Origin: Penicillus capitatus
Taxonomy: Eukaryota; Plantae; Chlorophyta
Assembly: GCA_965649825.1 (NCBI GenBank)
Contig: OZ287705.1
Coordinates: 124,001-188,000, forward strand
Length of the DNA: 64,000 bases
Reading direction: 5' to 3'
The translations under genes and the position numbers were made by a program. The notes under the pieces were generated by a model, which searched no databases, had not been told where the DNA came from, and saw only the letters and a list, made by a program, of their open reading frames with translations. Numbering within the stretch: position 1 is the first letter of the stretch; each line of letters begins with the position of its first letter. Shown here piece by piece: positions 21,602 to 33,884 of the stretch.

Positions 21602-24254
21602 CGCTCACTCTGATCGGCACCTCACGTGAGAGTGGAAGTCGGTTTCGTTTCCCCGCCTTCATGAACATGATCTTTACACCACTTCTCGCTCGAGTCTACA
21701 TTACACGTCCCATCAGAAGAGCAGTCTTAGACGTCCTGGTGCGTGCCAGAATGTGTTTTGTTCGAATGGGAATCCGCAAGAGCGGCGTCTTCGCGCTGAT
21801 GCTTCGAAGAAGAATCCACCCCGGGAAGTGATCGCCTCGGAGTCACAGCTAAACACGAGTGCGCGAAATCTTCGAACCAAGATGGAGGAGCGTTCAGAGG
21901 CCCTGTCTCCTTTTCGAGTTTGAGCTGGACGAGACGCGGAGAGGGAAAACTGTTCGCGTCTTTCTGCGACAGCCGTATGCGTGGCATACGGCGCCCGGCC
22001 CTCGCTTTAGAGGCTCCTTCGCCTTCGATCTTCATCTCGCCGACCTGTCACAGCAAAACAACGTTCGCAGGACGCTCGTCGCAGACAGACAAAAAAATCA
22101 AAGAATCGCCAAAAGAGATCGTGGAGGGCTTTGGAGTACTGCCTCAAACGGAAGGTCGTGCATCAGAGAAGGGATGTTGTTCGAAGGGCCGGTCTGAGCG
22201 ACGCGTCAACCGTCGCCACCCTCAACGGCCCAATGGCGGCTCGCCCGCCGCCGGGAGGGACGTGTGGGCACGTTCTGCCTTCTCGATGAGGTTGTCCGAC
22301 GGGACGCGCTTCTCTGAGAGGCATTCCCGCTCGATTAACTTGTCGACCAACGCAGACCGCCATAGCCCGCATCGCAGTTCCGCGCGGAGAGACGCTGTGG
22401 ACGCGAGGAAAACGGCCGGACTTACGGCAACGCGTGTGCAGAGTCTTGGGCGTCGTCGGGGTTTTCTTCGGTCAAAGGCACTCACAGAATCCAACCGCCG
22501 CCGCCGAGGAGCACCGTCGTCTCTCTTCGAACAATGCGTACGCGGCAAAGAACAGAACGTCGGATGGAGGATGTTTTAGTTCTCCGGACCGAGCCGAAGA
22601 ACAAATCAGCTACGAACAAAGTACTTCTGCAACGAAGTCCAATCCGCGCCACGTAGACTGAACTCAGAATTCTATCAACTTTAATGACGCGAAGGGACAC
22701 TGCCTTTTTACGACGTGGTTGGCGTACGTCGACAGCGTCCGCGGATCGCGAAATTCGACCTTCTAGGGCACGACACTGACACGCTGTCAGTCACCTGCAC
22801 CTTCAGGACGCCCGCGCCTGTGAGCCGCGCCCCGACAAAACACGTACCTCTCCTTCAGATTTTGACAGCCATGCTTTCAGTGGAGGCAGGACTGATCGGG
22901 TTCGGTAAGAAATGAGAGAAGCCCTGAGTGAAAAGGGACAGCAAGGCGGAGAAGGTAAAGGTGAACCGCATAGACGGGAGATCACGTTGTCGTCATTGCT
23001 GGTAGAGAGATGGGCAAGACAGGACGACATCACCCGAGTATTTCACCATTTCCTGCCAGCTTCTGCTTCAGAGGCTTGCAAAAACTGGGTCTGTTGAAAA
23101 GCTGAAAAGGTTTGGTAGGAAGGAAAAAACATGAACAAAGGTCAGGTTTCCAGTGATGTATGAATAAAGGCGATCGAAATGTGATGTGACAGCTGGCGGT
23201 TCAAAGCGCCAGAGAACGAGGAGGAGGAGAACATGACCTGCCGAGCAGAATCGTCGCCGCACTCTTCCGACGTCATGCATTGCTCCAGAGAGCAGCAAGT
23301 CTAGGGCCGCGTTACAGAAACAGTACGTGCTCTCTGCGTCAGCGCTTTGAGAGATGACTGACGGTGTGGCGTAGAGTGATTGACGGTAAGCGAGGGAGGG
23401 AGGTGTCGGTGAAGACTGGATGGATGGAGAGGTACTGTCTGTCGAATTGAAGACGTCAGCCACGTCTGGATGTGAAGGACGATCGACGATGTTAAAGTCG
23501 TCTGCGCCGCTCTTCGATCGACGTCGACATTGTCGTCAGGATGACGCGAACATTCAAGGTCCGCGTCTAGGCGATCAGCAAACCGGAAAAAGTCTTTCGC
23601 CGTTCGAAATATGGTCGAGATCATCCCTTCAACAACAGAATCTGCCAATCTTGCGGCGAACGGCAGAGGCGGGCCAACATCTGTCTTTTGTAGCATATAC
23701 AGGAGTTTTGCGTGCTGACAGTTTACTGGGGACATATGATCGCTCCGCTAAATGCAAGCAGTGTCTTTGAACAGGTGTCAGCGATGGCAGGTTTGTGGCT
23801 TGGTACCTTCCGAGCAGTTAGTTTCCTGTGGACTTAGCAGGCGCAGGCCGAAAGGCAATCATCGATTGCTGCGGAGACAACCGATTGTGCTCCTGGTGGT
23901 ATCATGTCACAAGAATCCCACCTTTAAGTGCACTAACTGGAATTTTGTACTTTGTAACTGTTTTGAATGTCGATCCTTGTTTCGATGTATTCCCACCAAT
24001 CATCCGAAACCGGTCCTACGGCAATTTCTCGTAAAGCCTCGTCAAATGCGTCACCATTTATCTCGCCTCAATTACGTCGAGCAACGCATGCGATTGTTGA
24101 GCGAGCAAGCAGAATCGTTCTAAGAGTTGATGTTTAACATCTCCGATGCTAGTTAGTTGGTTTGTTGCTCTCTATAAACTTGATTTGTTCTTTCTCTAAC
24201 GATTGCCGATTCCTGTCAGCCCCACCCGTTGCTAAAATCTTGTTTCATGACAGC

Positions 24255-25560
24255 GGTAAATCTCAAAAGACTTTCCGGCTAAAGGACAAGTCGTATGCAA
24301 GACAGCGGCGACGTCGAGTATTCATTCCGTTTTCGATACACGCTTTGCAGAAGGTGAAGGTATGCGAACACTTCTGCAGTACCAGGGATTTTCGTCGCGA
24401 GCAGCAGATGGTGTTGGTCACTGTGTTGCGCAGACTCTTCGTTTCTTGTACTTGATGCACATTCGAATCTGTCAGCGTCCCCGATAGCAGTTTGCGCTTC
24501 AAGTCTCCAAATGCCTGTCACAGGCGATCGCGGATGAGGAAGACAGCTGATCCGACAGAGAAGAAGCAATACATTCACGTCGGCTTCCATCTGCTGCACC
24601 TGACGCGTTCGTCCAGGCAACTCTCGATTTCGCAACTCGGCTTCTTTAACTAGATGCTGCGACCCATTGTTCTCCTCTTTCGTATTCTCGTTGTACTGAT
24701 GCGCAGCATCCAACTTCGCTCAGAGCTTTCGCATCTCATCCTTCGTCTGAATGCGCCGCCCGTCAATCCGATACGAGAGATTCCGCTGCACTTGCTTTAG
24801 TTAGCTCTCGCTTCGTTTCTTCGAGTCCACCTGCTTAATCCGATCGGATCTTTAGCAGCCGCTGCGCGTGCATCTCGCTGCATCTTGTGAGGAACTCCAC
24901 ATTCTCCGCGAATGACTTTCTTACTCCCAGGCGCGTCGAAGTCTGGAACAACACTCCATCTCGTACAGCTATCTAACTCGCTTCCCTTCACCTTCGCGTT
25001 CTTTCGTTTTAGATCCCCGATCATGTTGTCGTTCCGTCGCAGTTCCTTTCATGAGCTCTTCATTTTGAGCCTGGGACTTCGCGTAAGCTTGAGCTGTTTG
25101 CTACAGTCGCACATCTGTCACATCACCAGTCACCATGTGAACATCCTGCTCACACCGAATACTCCTTGAAGGTAGCCATTGAGTTGCTTCTGCTCTTCTA
25201 GTTCTCCTTCGCGGTTGTTGCTCGTGCGCTTCATCTCCTCCATCTCCACGTTCAGCTGGTTCGGCCGCTCCCTTAACTTTCATTCCTTCGCAAACTGTCC
25301 ACTTCCTTCAGGTGTCTGCTGTCTTCGCACGTGATCTCCACTTCCTCCATGTTCATCTTCAGGGAGGAATTCGCACGCTCGGTGTTGCGGTCGCAGGCGA
25401 TGGATTCTGCTTCCTCGCGGCCTGGCTTCCATCGCCTCGATTCTCAGCTCCATCTGTGCGAGTTTTGCCTTCTGAGCCCCGACCGTCTTTGACAGTTTCT
25501 TGTCAGGAATCTTTAGCACTTTTACCCGTTGCTTGGCACCTTCACCTATCATCAATAGAA
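24255..25560 (-). pseudogene. BRE1/HUB1-like C-terminal fragment (coiled coil plus degenerate C3HC4 RING), copy 2
   Basis: TICCSRRKSLVLQKCSHTFTFCKACIENGMNTRRRRCLAYDLSF fits the Bre1 RING pattern. The first and last Cys are lost and the upstream exons are frameshifted. Confidence 0.72.
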
Positions 25561-25653
25561 ACCCAGAAACGTTAGTAAGAAAATCGAACAAATGATTAGC
25601 AGCAGATTGCGTCTGTACGTCACATCTGACGGAGGACGTAGGAAAGGCCCACG

Positions 25654-27339
25654 ATGCGCCGCTCTGTGCGAAACTACGCCAGCGTCGGGCGTTGGTTCTT
25701 TCGTTCGCGTTTCTTCGCCGTTGTTCCGACGCTCCCAGACACTGACGGCGTTCCCCCGGCCAGATCTGCCGTTTCACCGATCGGTTCTTTTTACCCTGCT
25801 TCCCGCAGATACCCATCCCCCATGCCGAAGCGCGTTGATGTCAAAACGGCGCTCTGCTGGACAGGCGCGACGCAACGCCGTGGGTTTCATGACGCCCTAG
25901 AGGAGCATCAAGAGGTGGACGATGATTTCATGCGGAAGAAATACCGTCCACTGAAACACACAGGCGATTACATTCGTGCGATGCAACGTTTGATACGCGA
26001 CCGCTCTTACTCTCGCATCCTGGATCTCTTCGAAAAAATGAAGTCTGGTGGTGTCCCGATGGCCTTGACAGTTTATGTGTCCGTCATGAAAGCTTATTCG
26101 CGAATGAGCAATGTAGACATGGTGAAACAGGTTTTTGACGAAGCTTTGACGTCAGGGTTGAAGCTAGAAGAGTTTCTGTTCAATACCCTCATCTACGCCT
26201 ACACAAACACTGGCGATGTTCACGCTGCATTCGAGATTTTAGACCAGATGCAGAAGGACTATAAGATTCCGCCCGATCACGCGACATACCGTGCGCTGAT
26301 CAATGTCTGCAACAAAGGGAAAGATGTGGATCGTGCGAAAGAGACATTTGATGAAATGGTCCAGAAATTTGGAGGAAATGCTCGTGACTTCAACGCTATG
26401 TTGGAGGTCTATGCCGAAAACGCCGACAGTGACACCGGCGAAGCGTACCTGGAGGAATGCAAGAAGTTAATGGCATCGACGAAATCGAAGGAGATGAGTC
26501 ACAAAGCGTTCGTCTATGCGCCGCTGATTAAACTGTCTGGCAAACTGGGACGGTTGGATGAAGCCCTGGGTTACCTCAAGGAATCTGTCAGCAGTGATGT
26601 GGAACCCACTCTAGAATCGTTTGATTTCGTCTTTCGATCGCTGACGGATTTGGAGTTGACAGAAGAGGAGCTTGAGACCCACCTTGTCTACTGTCTCGAT
26701 CGTATGATGGAGCTCAAGATGAAACCGACTTTTGTCACGTTCAGAACCATCGCACAAATCTACGAGAAAAAAGGAGATGTGGGCAAGGCATTGGGATTTC
26801 TGGCGAAGCTGCCAGGAAAGCACATACGTGACGCTGGCAGTAACGGAGAGATCTTTGCTGCGCAGTTAGAGATTGTTCAGCGTCTGTGGGAGAATGGCAC
26901 CTATTCTCAGGATGAAGCTCTGACGAAGCTATCCGAGGTGGTGAAAACGATGAAGACGTTGCAGGTCTCATTGTCGTTCCACGGCTACAGGACATGGTTT
27001 ATTATGTGCCTCAAGGCATCCGACGTGGAGCGTGCACTTGAGTGCTGGAATGATTTTACTGGACAGGGTCGCTGGACATCTTCTGGGATGGCGCAGTCCA
27101 TGCTTCGACTCTTATTGGATCATGATCGCTTGGACGATGCCGTGCAAGTGATGAAAATTGCTGTGCAAAAGGAAAAGGAGATTACGAACAAAGAAGCCTT
27201 GTACGAAACTGTATTGACTTACTGTGTTGAGAAAAGTGACATGGAGAATGCGAAGATGGTTTACGATTACATGAAGGAAGAGAAGGTGGAAGCGAATGAA
27301 GCGATTCAAAAACACTTGAGTGCTTTGCAGTTGATGTGA
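25654..27339 (+). CDS. Intronless PPR protein, 561 aa (copy 2)
   Basis: Same motif series as copy 1 (FNTLIYAYTNTGDVHAAFEILDQM etc.). Confidence 0.93.
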   Translation: MRRSVRNYASVGRWFFRSRFFAVVPTLPDTDGVPPARSAVSPIGSFYPASRRYPSPMPKRVDVKTALCWTGATQRRGFHDALEEHQEVDDDFMRKKYRPLKHTGDYIRAMQRLIRDRSYSRILDLFEKMKSGGVPMALTVYVSVMKAYSRMSNVDMVKQVFDEALTSGLKLEEFLFNTLIYAYTNTGDVHAAFEILDQMQKDYKIPPDHATYRALINVCNKGKDVDRAKETFDEMVQKFGGNARDFNAMLEVYAENADSDTGEAYLEECKKLMASTKSKEMSHKAFVYAPLIKLSGKLGRLDEALGYLKESVSSDVEPTLESFDFVFRSLTDLELTEEELETHLVYCLDRMMELKMKPTFVTFRTIAQIYEKKGDVGKALGFLAKLPGKHIRDAGSNGEIFAAQLEIVQRLWENGTYSQDEALTKLSEVVKTMKTLQVSLSFHGYRTWFIMCLKASDVERALECWNDFTGQGRWTSSGMAQSMLRLLLDHDRLDDAVQVMKIAVQKEKEITNKEALYETVLTYCVEKSDMENAKMVYDYMKEEKVEANEAIQKHLSALQLM

Positions 27340-27578
27340 GCTGTTCTATTTTGGCCGATGTTTGGAAAGAGTGACATTTTAATGCAGAAGAACGTTGGGG
27401 TATGTTACAAACATCTGTTACAGTATCGCGTAGACGATAGACAGGTGATACATATGTAGGCAGGCACTTAACTGTCCAGAAGAGGACTAAGGCCATTCGA
27501 AAGAAAATATCAATTCTTAAGAGATTCTCCAGTTGTTTTCAAAGATGGATAGATGTGCGTTACAGCCAGCATCCGGAA

Positions 27579-28870
27579 ACGATCACAGCCATGACTCGGC
27601 GACTTCCTTAAGGCTCTGCAGCGAGATGAACCGAACGCAGGGCGAACAGTGAAAGATCGAGACGACATAACGATCGGCAGTTGTGCGACGATTCACGTAA
27701 GGCAGTGAACGCACGATCGACAGATCAGATGTCAGAACCAACCCGATTGTTCGCCAGAGAATTAAACCGTCCGTAACGTACGGACGTAGAAAAGGACGAC
27801 AACGAAGAGCGAACGATAAGAACAACTATTGTCGTGTTTTGTCGCCATACACTTTGTGACTCGCGAAGATCCATCCGTGAACAAAACAAAACGCATTTCA
27901 TACCCGCGACGTACGCGAAGCATGAATCCGGAGAGACTGAGCGTTCCACAGGACAATGAGGTACCCCGTCCAAAAAAATCGTCAAAGTCATTGCGGAGGA
28001 CAGGAATACGAAAACGCTGCGGTAAACACCGCGCACTGCGAATACAAGGAGACGACCGAGACGGAGTTTTCTACGTGGCGATTGCCGGAAGAGGGTTCCG
28101 TCGTCGCTGGCCGGTACGAAAAGCTCTACTCACCATCTGCATGCCGTTCACTATATACGTGTCGGAGCAGATTCCTTGTCGAATCTTTGGATAGCAGATG
28201 CATGCAGAGTGGGTTGATGGGAAGAGATCTCACAACGAGACATTCCGTCTGTCTCAGATTTTATTCGGCAACATCTAAAAAATTAGAGAACGTCAACAGA
28301 ATGTACGATATCTTGAAAGACAGCAACGCCGTCTGCAAGTGAGAAAACCCTAATGACGTACGATCCCAGACGATTTTCCGTCTTCCTGCAGACGCATAGA
28401 GAGAATTCCAGGAGGAGAGGGGACCCCTGAGTGCCTTGTCTTCGAGGCAGGGACTTACTCACTGGCTCAGAGACTGGAAGGAGGGAGTCATATGTCCACT
28501 ATCGAACGTCGGGCGACAGCGCATGGAGTGAGCGATTGTCGTTTCTCAGGGATTCTCATCGTCATCTGCATCTCAGATTCTCGAAGCACTGCGAGACCTC
28601 CACGGACAGAACGTTGTGCACGGAAACCTGCACCCGTCCTGCATTGTCTGGTCATCCATCGATTTCTGCTGGAAGTTCCTGGATCTCGACTTGTCTGCCG
28701 AAGCTGGCGATTCGATCCTTCTACAATGGAGAGGTGTCACGCGTTATGTGGCTCCCGAGTTTCAGCAAGCACTCGATCAGAATCAAGACTCTGTGAAAGC
28801 AGACGTCTCTATGGACATGTGGTCATTCGGTCTGATCGCCTTCGAGATCTTCACTGGTACTCTTTATCTT
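27579..28870 (+). repeat. ~1.3-kb direct repeat, partner 30002-31296
   Basis: High identity from acgatcacagccatgactc to tggtactctttatctt. Similarity collapses inside the intron after FEIFT. Confidence 0.93.
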
Positions 28871-29571
28871 ATTTCATCTTTCTCTTCATTCTTTATGGTC
28901 TGTGAATGACAGGAACACCACCACCGAACTCCGTACTCGTGAAGGCCGACTTCTCTCAAGAGCACTGTAGACTAATACATCATCTCCATAATCACGCTTC
29001 AGCAAAGATAGGATTTCGTCAACTAGGTGATCTTGTTCATGATGACGCACTGGCGGAATCCGTTAGAGGCAACTGTATTTTGGTCCTAGATTTCCTGGAG
29101 CTGGCTAAAATTCTAGACTCCCTTTGTGGCGACGACTTGAACAGAATACCTGCAGAAGTGCGATTATGTGTTCTTACAACCTAACCGTCTCACCGTAATG
29201 CATCCAGTACTTACTTGATCTGGGAATTTTGCATGGCAGCCAATCACGTCAGGAACGAAACGCCGTAAGGGGTCTCGTCTCTTGACCAGTATCCATCTAC
29301 TGACTCTGTGTTCTCTGTTCAGAACAAAACGCTTAAAGAACGGACTCTATCGTTCTATCCAGGAGGTCATCCATTTGCCGAATCTCCCAATGATTGCTTG
29401 AAAGAGGCTACAACTCAGCAATGCCCTTGTACCGTCTGGGCTTTGCTACCCCAGGCGGCTAGGGATTGGTTTCGGGCAATTGTGCGCATGCCTTCTGCAC
29501 TGGCGAGGGCTATTCGCAAAACAGCATCTGTGTTTTATCATCGCCTTGCACGAACATCTAAGAAGGGTTAG
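27922..29571 (+). CDS. Pseudokinase K28 with a divergent C-terminus (3' end uncertain)
   Basis: Exons splice in frame: MNPERL..., GR|F, VCLRFY (beta3 Lys to Arg), VCK|, HGNLHPSCIVW, WKFLDLD, RYVAPEF, DMWSFGLIAFEIFT|G. No beta-domain was recognised downstream. Confidence 0.7.
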
Positions 29572-30345
29572 CGATAAATTCGTTGAGACGACGACATCTG
29601 AATGTGTCAATGCGTCTTTTAGCTTGAAGAGGAGAGTGGGAAGCTGCCGTCCGTCATCTACAGTCACCATCCGTTTAATCGGCGCAAAAGGCCACACACT
29701 GTTTCGCAAAGACCGTTGCAGAAAAAGAGAGATTAACAAAAATATTGTACAATTCAAAGTAGACATGCACCTTTCACCAACGCGCCCGATTTCTGCGCGA
29801 CACTGACGAATCGGCCATTCCTATGCAGAACAGAGGGAGACTTTGTCAGCTGCAAGAGTTTCGAGTGTAGACAATGACGAGACACTCCAGCTGTCCAGTT
29901 TCCATCAGCACAATATTACATGTCTCTTATGCCAATAACTATCATATGACGTAATCGTACGGTAAACATCTTAAGAACATTAGGCATGCAAGACAGAGGA
30001 GACGATCACAGCCATGACTCGGCGACTTCCTTAAGCCTCTGCAGCGAGATAAACCGAACGCAGGGCGAACAGTGAAAGATCGAGACGACATGACGATCGG
30101 CAGTTGTGCGACGATTCACCTAAGGCAGTGAACGCACGATCGACAGATCAGATACCGAACCAACGCGATTGTTCGCCAGAGATTTAAACCGTCCGTCTAA
30201 CTACGGACGTAGAAAAGGACGACAACGAAGAGCGAACGATAAGAACAACTATTGTCGTGTTTTGTCGCCATACACTTTGTGACTCGCGAACATCCATCTG
30301 TGAACAAAAACAAAACGCATTTCATACCCACGACGTACGTGAAGC

Positions 30346-32225
30346 ATGAATTCGGAGAGATTGAGCGTTCCTCAGAACAACGAGGTACTTTTTTCGTCTA
30401 CGAGGTTAACTAAAGTGAAAAGAAAATCAGGAATACGAAAACGATGTGGTAAACACTGCGCACTGCGAAGACAAGGAGACGACCGAGACGGAGTTTTCTA
30501 CGTGGCAGCTGCCGGAAGAGGGTTCCGTCGTCGCCGGCCGGTACGAAAAGCTCTACTCACCATCTGCACGCCGTTCACTGTATACGTGTCGGAGCAGATT
30601 CCTTGTCGAATCTTTGGATAGCAGATGCACACAGAGTGGGTTGATGGGAAGAGATCTCACAACGAGACATTCCGTCTGCCTCAGATTTTATTCGGCAACA
30701 TCTAGAAAATTAGAGAACGTCAACAGAATGTACGATATCTTGAAAGACAGCAACGCCGTCTGCAAGTGAGAAACCCCTAATGACGTATGATCCCAGACGA
30801 TTTCCTGTTTTCTGCAGACGCATAGAGAGGATTCCAGGAGGAGAGGATGCTCCTGAGTGCCTTGTCTTCGAGGCAGGGACTTACTCACTGGCTCAGAGAC
30901 TAGAAGGAGGGAGTCCTATGTCCACTATCGAACGTCGGGCGACAGCGCATGGGGTAAGCGATTGTCGTTTCTCAGGGATTCTCATCGTCATCTGCATCTC
31001 AGATTCTCGAAGCACTGCGAGACCTCCACGGACAGAACGTGGTGCACGGAAACCTGCACCCGTCCTACATTGTCTGGTCATGCATCGATTTCTGCTGGAA
31101 GTTCCTGGATCTCGACTTGTCTGCCGAAGCTGGCGATTCGATCCTTCTACAATGGAGAGGTGTCACGCGTTATGTGGCTCCCGAGTTTCAGCAAGCACTC
31201 GATCAGAATCAAGACTCTGTGAAAGCAGACGTCTCTATGGACATGTGGTCGTTCGGTCTGATCGCCTTTGAGATCTTCACTGGTACTCTTTATCTTCTGT
31301 TTTTATTTTGCTCTTTAGCATTTTTTGACAGGAACATCTGTACTGGACTCCGCACGTGTGAAGACCTACGTATTTCAAGAGCGCAACAGACTGAGACATC
31401 ATCTCCAGAGAAATGATACGCCTGGTGCCAGTTTTTCTGGAGATCCGTCAAGCCTTGATGCACAGCGTCTTCTCGAGTTCGAATTTGTCGCCGGCCTGAT
31501 AGCCGATAACGACAGGCCATCAGCACTTCAGGCGTGCAAATCAGATGTCTTCCGAGCCGTTTCAGATCGCGATTCCGCCGCGCGACCAACAGACAATGCA
31601 AGACCTCTTCATTCTCATCTTCTCTTTCTACGTGATCGATCGTGTATAGGAACACCGTGAACAGGAGTCGCCGTCATTTAGTTTTCAGAACCTTTCCGAT
31701 TGCCTTGTTCGCCTCAGAGCCGCAAATCATCTGAGTTTATCTGTCGTCGTCCAGCGCTTTCTACAGGAAGTCGATTCCGACACGCCGTTTTACCAGTATC
31801 CATCCGTCAAGACGAAGCAATTCATGGACGATTACTTACCGGAGCACCCAGTCTACGTTCTCCCCACTGGCGAGCGCTTCCGGCTGCGGATCAGCATCAC
31901 GCTAAGCCACCATCCCCTCGAAGAAGTTGTCTCGGTCCAGCTACAGCCGCCGGATTGCGAGGAGAAGCCTCTGCAAATCTCGCAGCACATGGAAGGAGAC
32001 AGACTCGAAGTGCTGGCTTTGGTGGATCCAGCCAGCTTTCCGTCTGTCAGGCTCAATACCAAGTGTCCAATCTTTGGCCTCGTGGATACGAAATACGTTC
32101 CACTGATTGTTCACATCAAGCTACGGTTAGGAGATAACTTTCCTGGTGATCTCGACGCCTATGCATCCATCTACCTGCAACTGAAACGCCCTCCCGGAAG
32201 ATTCAGCATCTTCAGGGCACTGTAA
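30346..32225 (+). CDS. Pseudokinase K31 with C-terminal DUF3694-like beta-domain
   Basis: Same exon structure as K28; HGNLHPSY; then DRPSALQA and MDDYLPEHPVYVL...CPIFGLVDTKYVPL...IYLQL. Confidence 0.82.
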
Positions 32226-32479
32226 GGATCCATGGAGGGCGTGTCAACAATGAAGCATCAGCCACTGCCAGAACCACGACGTATGACTGATGGTCAAGTC
32301 CTATTGGCGGCGAGAGAGAACAAGCACCAATCCTCAAGCGATCCGTTATCGTGACTCTCCCCTCCAAACCACTCTCCCATTTTGACAACACTTATTTGAA
32401 AAGGCAAAACTTCATTGTTGCCATATCTTGCACCCATTTCGTGCTAGCTGCTCTATTTGATATTGGGGTTCATGTACAG

Positions 32480-33400
32480 TAAAAAACCAATATGTACCGT
32501 TTCTCCATAAGACAGTGCCTGCATGCGAATTGGGATGGACTTCGTTACCGAGCGCAGGAGAGCGGAGGGATGGATCTGCTGACGGCAACGCTGTCTGCAT
32601 TCTGTTTCGGCGAATATTCGTCTTAATCTGGAACCGATCCCGTCAGATCCATAGCCAATGGCGCAGTGTGTGGCTGACTCTCCGCTCCCTATCGTATAAA
32701 CGACCGATCGACGGATATAGCGTCTTTATGGATGCAGGAATACAGAGATACGCGAATCGTAAGCACAATGGCAAGGGCAGAAACGCAACGCGACGCAGCG
32801 CTGGCCCCTTAACGGAAAGCCCCGACGGGGTTTCCCCTTCTGTACTATTGGAATCTCCCCTTTCCTGTGTTGTAGGCAGGAACTTGCGCGGACCGAGAGG
32901 GCTATTAGGCTGGACACACTACTTTACAGTGGAGACAGTTCAGAGAGATCCGACATATTAAGCAACCCGCTGGGCGACCGAACCTTGGTACATGTATTGA
33001 CTCTGACACATCTCTGTCCGTTAGGTCAAAGCAAGGAGAGACCGAATTGAGCCGGTGCGATGGCGTCTGTATTTGATCAAAGAAAGAGACGGCGCTGAGG
33101 GCGCCTTTGCCCACGACCGAGGCGATCTTGTTGATCATAATTTGCAGCCGGGGATCGAGGAGAGATCGATACGGGGACAAAAACACTCGCCGCTTCGCAG
33201 CATCTAGACAGGGCCATCTTGGAGGAGCGTTCAGAAGCAAAGTGAAGCAAACGGTCTGTTAGACAAACGCATCGGTCTCTCTGGACGATGGATGAATGTA
33301 CAATCATTGCGCCGATCATGCCAATCGAGATACAGTCGATGGATTGCAATAGAGTTTGCAGATGTGACGGTGGACGGAATCCCGATTACATTTCGCATCA
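32480..33400 (+). pseudogene. Degraded pseudokinase relic
   Basis: 32555-32620 resembles the GRDLTTRHSVCLRFYS exon; the remainder is homologous to 3600-4300. Confidence 0.4.
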
Positions 33401-33884
33401 CAGATCACTTCATTTTCATTTGACACGTATTCTATTCCTGTCCGTTCCGTTCCAGATCAGTTACAATCAAACAAACACTTCTAGTAGGATATGTGTTGTT
33501 GTTCACAATTAATCTACACTTTTCTGGTGACAAATAGGCACTTATGGGGTGCTCGCTCGGGTTATGTCTATCAAGAGATTGTGATTGTCTAATCGAGTCG
33601 AATCCGTTCGTCCGAACTGGCAAAAATCGGACAGACCTTCGAAGTGGGAAGAGCAAGCAGATTTCAATGATCTTGTTAGTGATGTGGGAAAACAATGAGA
33701 AATCGATACTTGGCACTTCCGGCTTTATTCTTTTCAAAAACGGGCAACAATCGCCGCGTTCCGTTCGCTGTGCCGCAAAAGCTGAGTTGAGCTCTCTTTC
33801 TTCGGACACTGATGGATGATGCTCCCTCTTGGCCTCTTGATCGATGAAAACGAGGCTCATCGAGAGCATTTATGCGGGAGCGGA

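Larger units (their letters stand above)
23970..27500 (+). repeat. Cassette duplication: 23970-27500 vs 47420-50880 (and 425-2890 vs 25045-27500)
   Basis: Shared left boundary gtcgatc..tttcgatgtattcccacc. The BRE1-like part is nearly identical, while the PPR parts are mosaic. Confidence 0.92.

Noticed and set aside
21727-23800. Possible spliced gene on the minus strand
   Set aside because: Several protein-like ORF pieces exist, but I could not join them or identify a domain. Unresolved rather than excluded.
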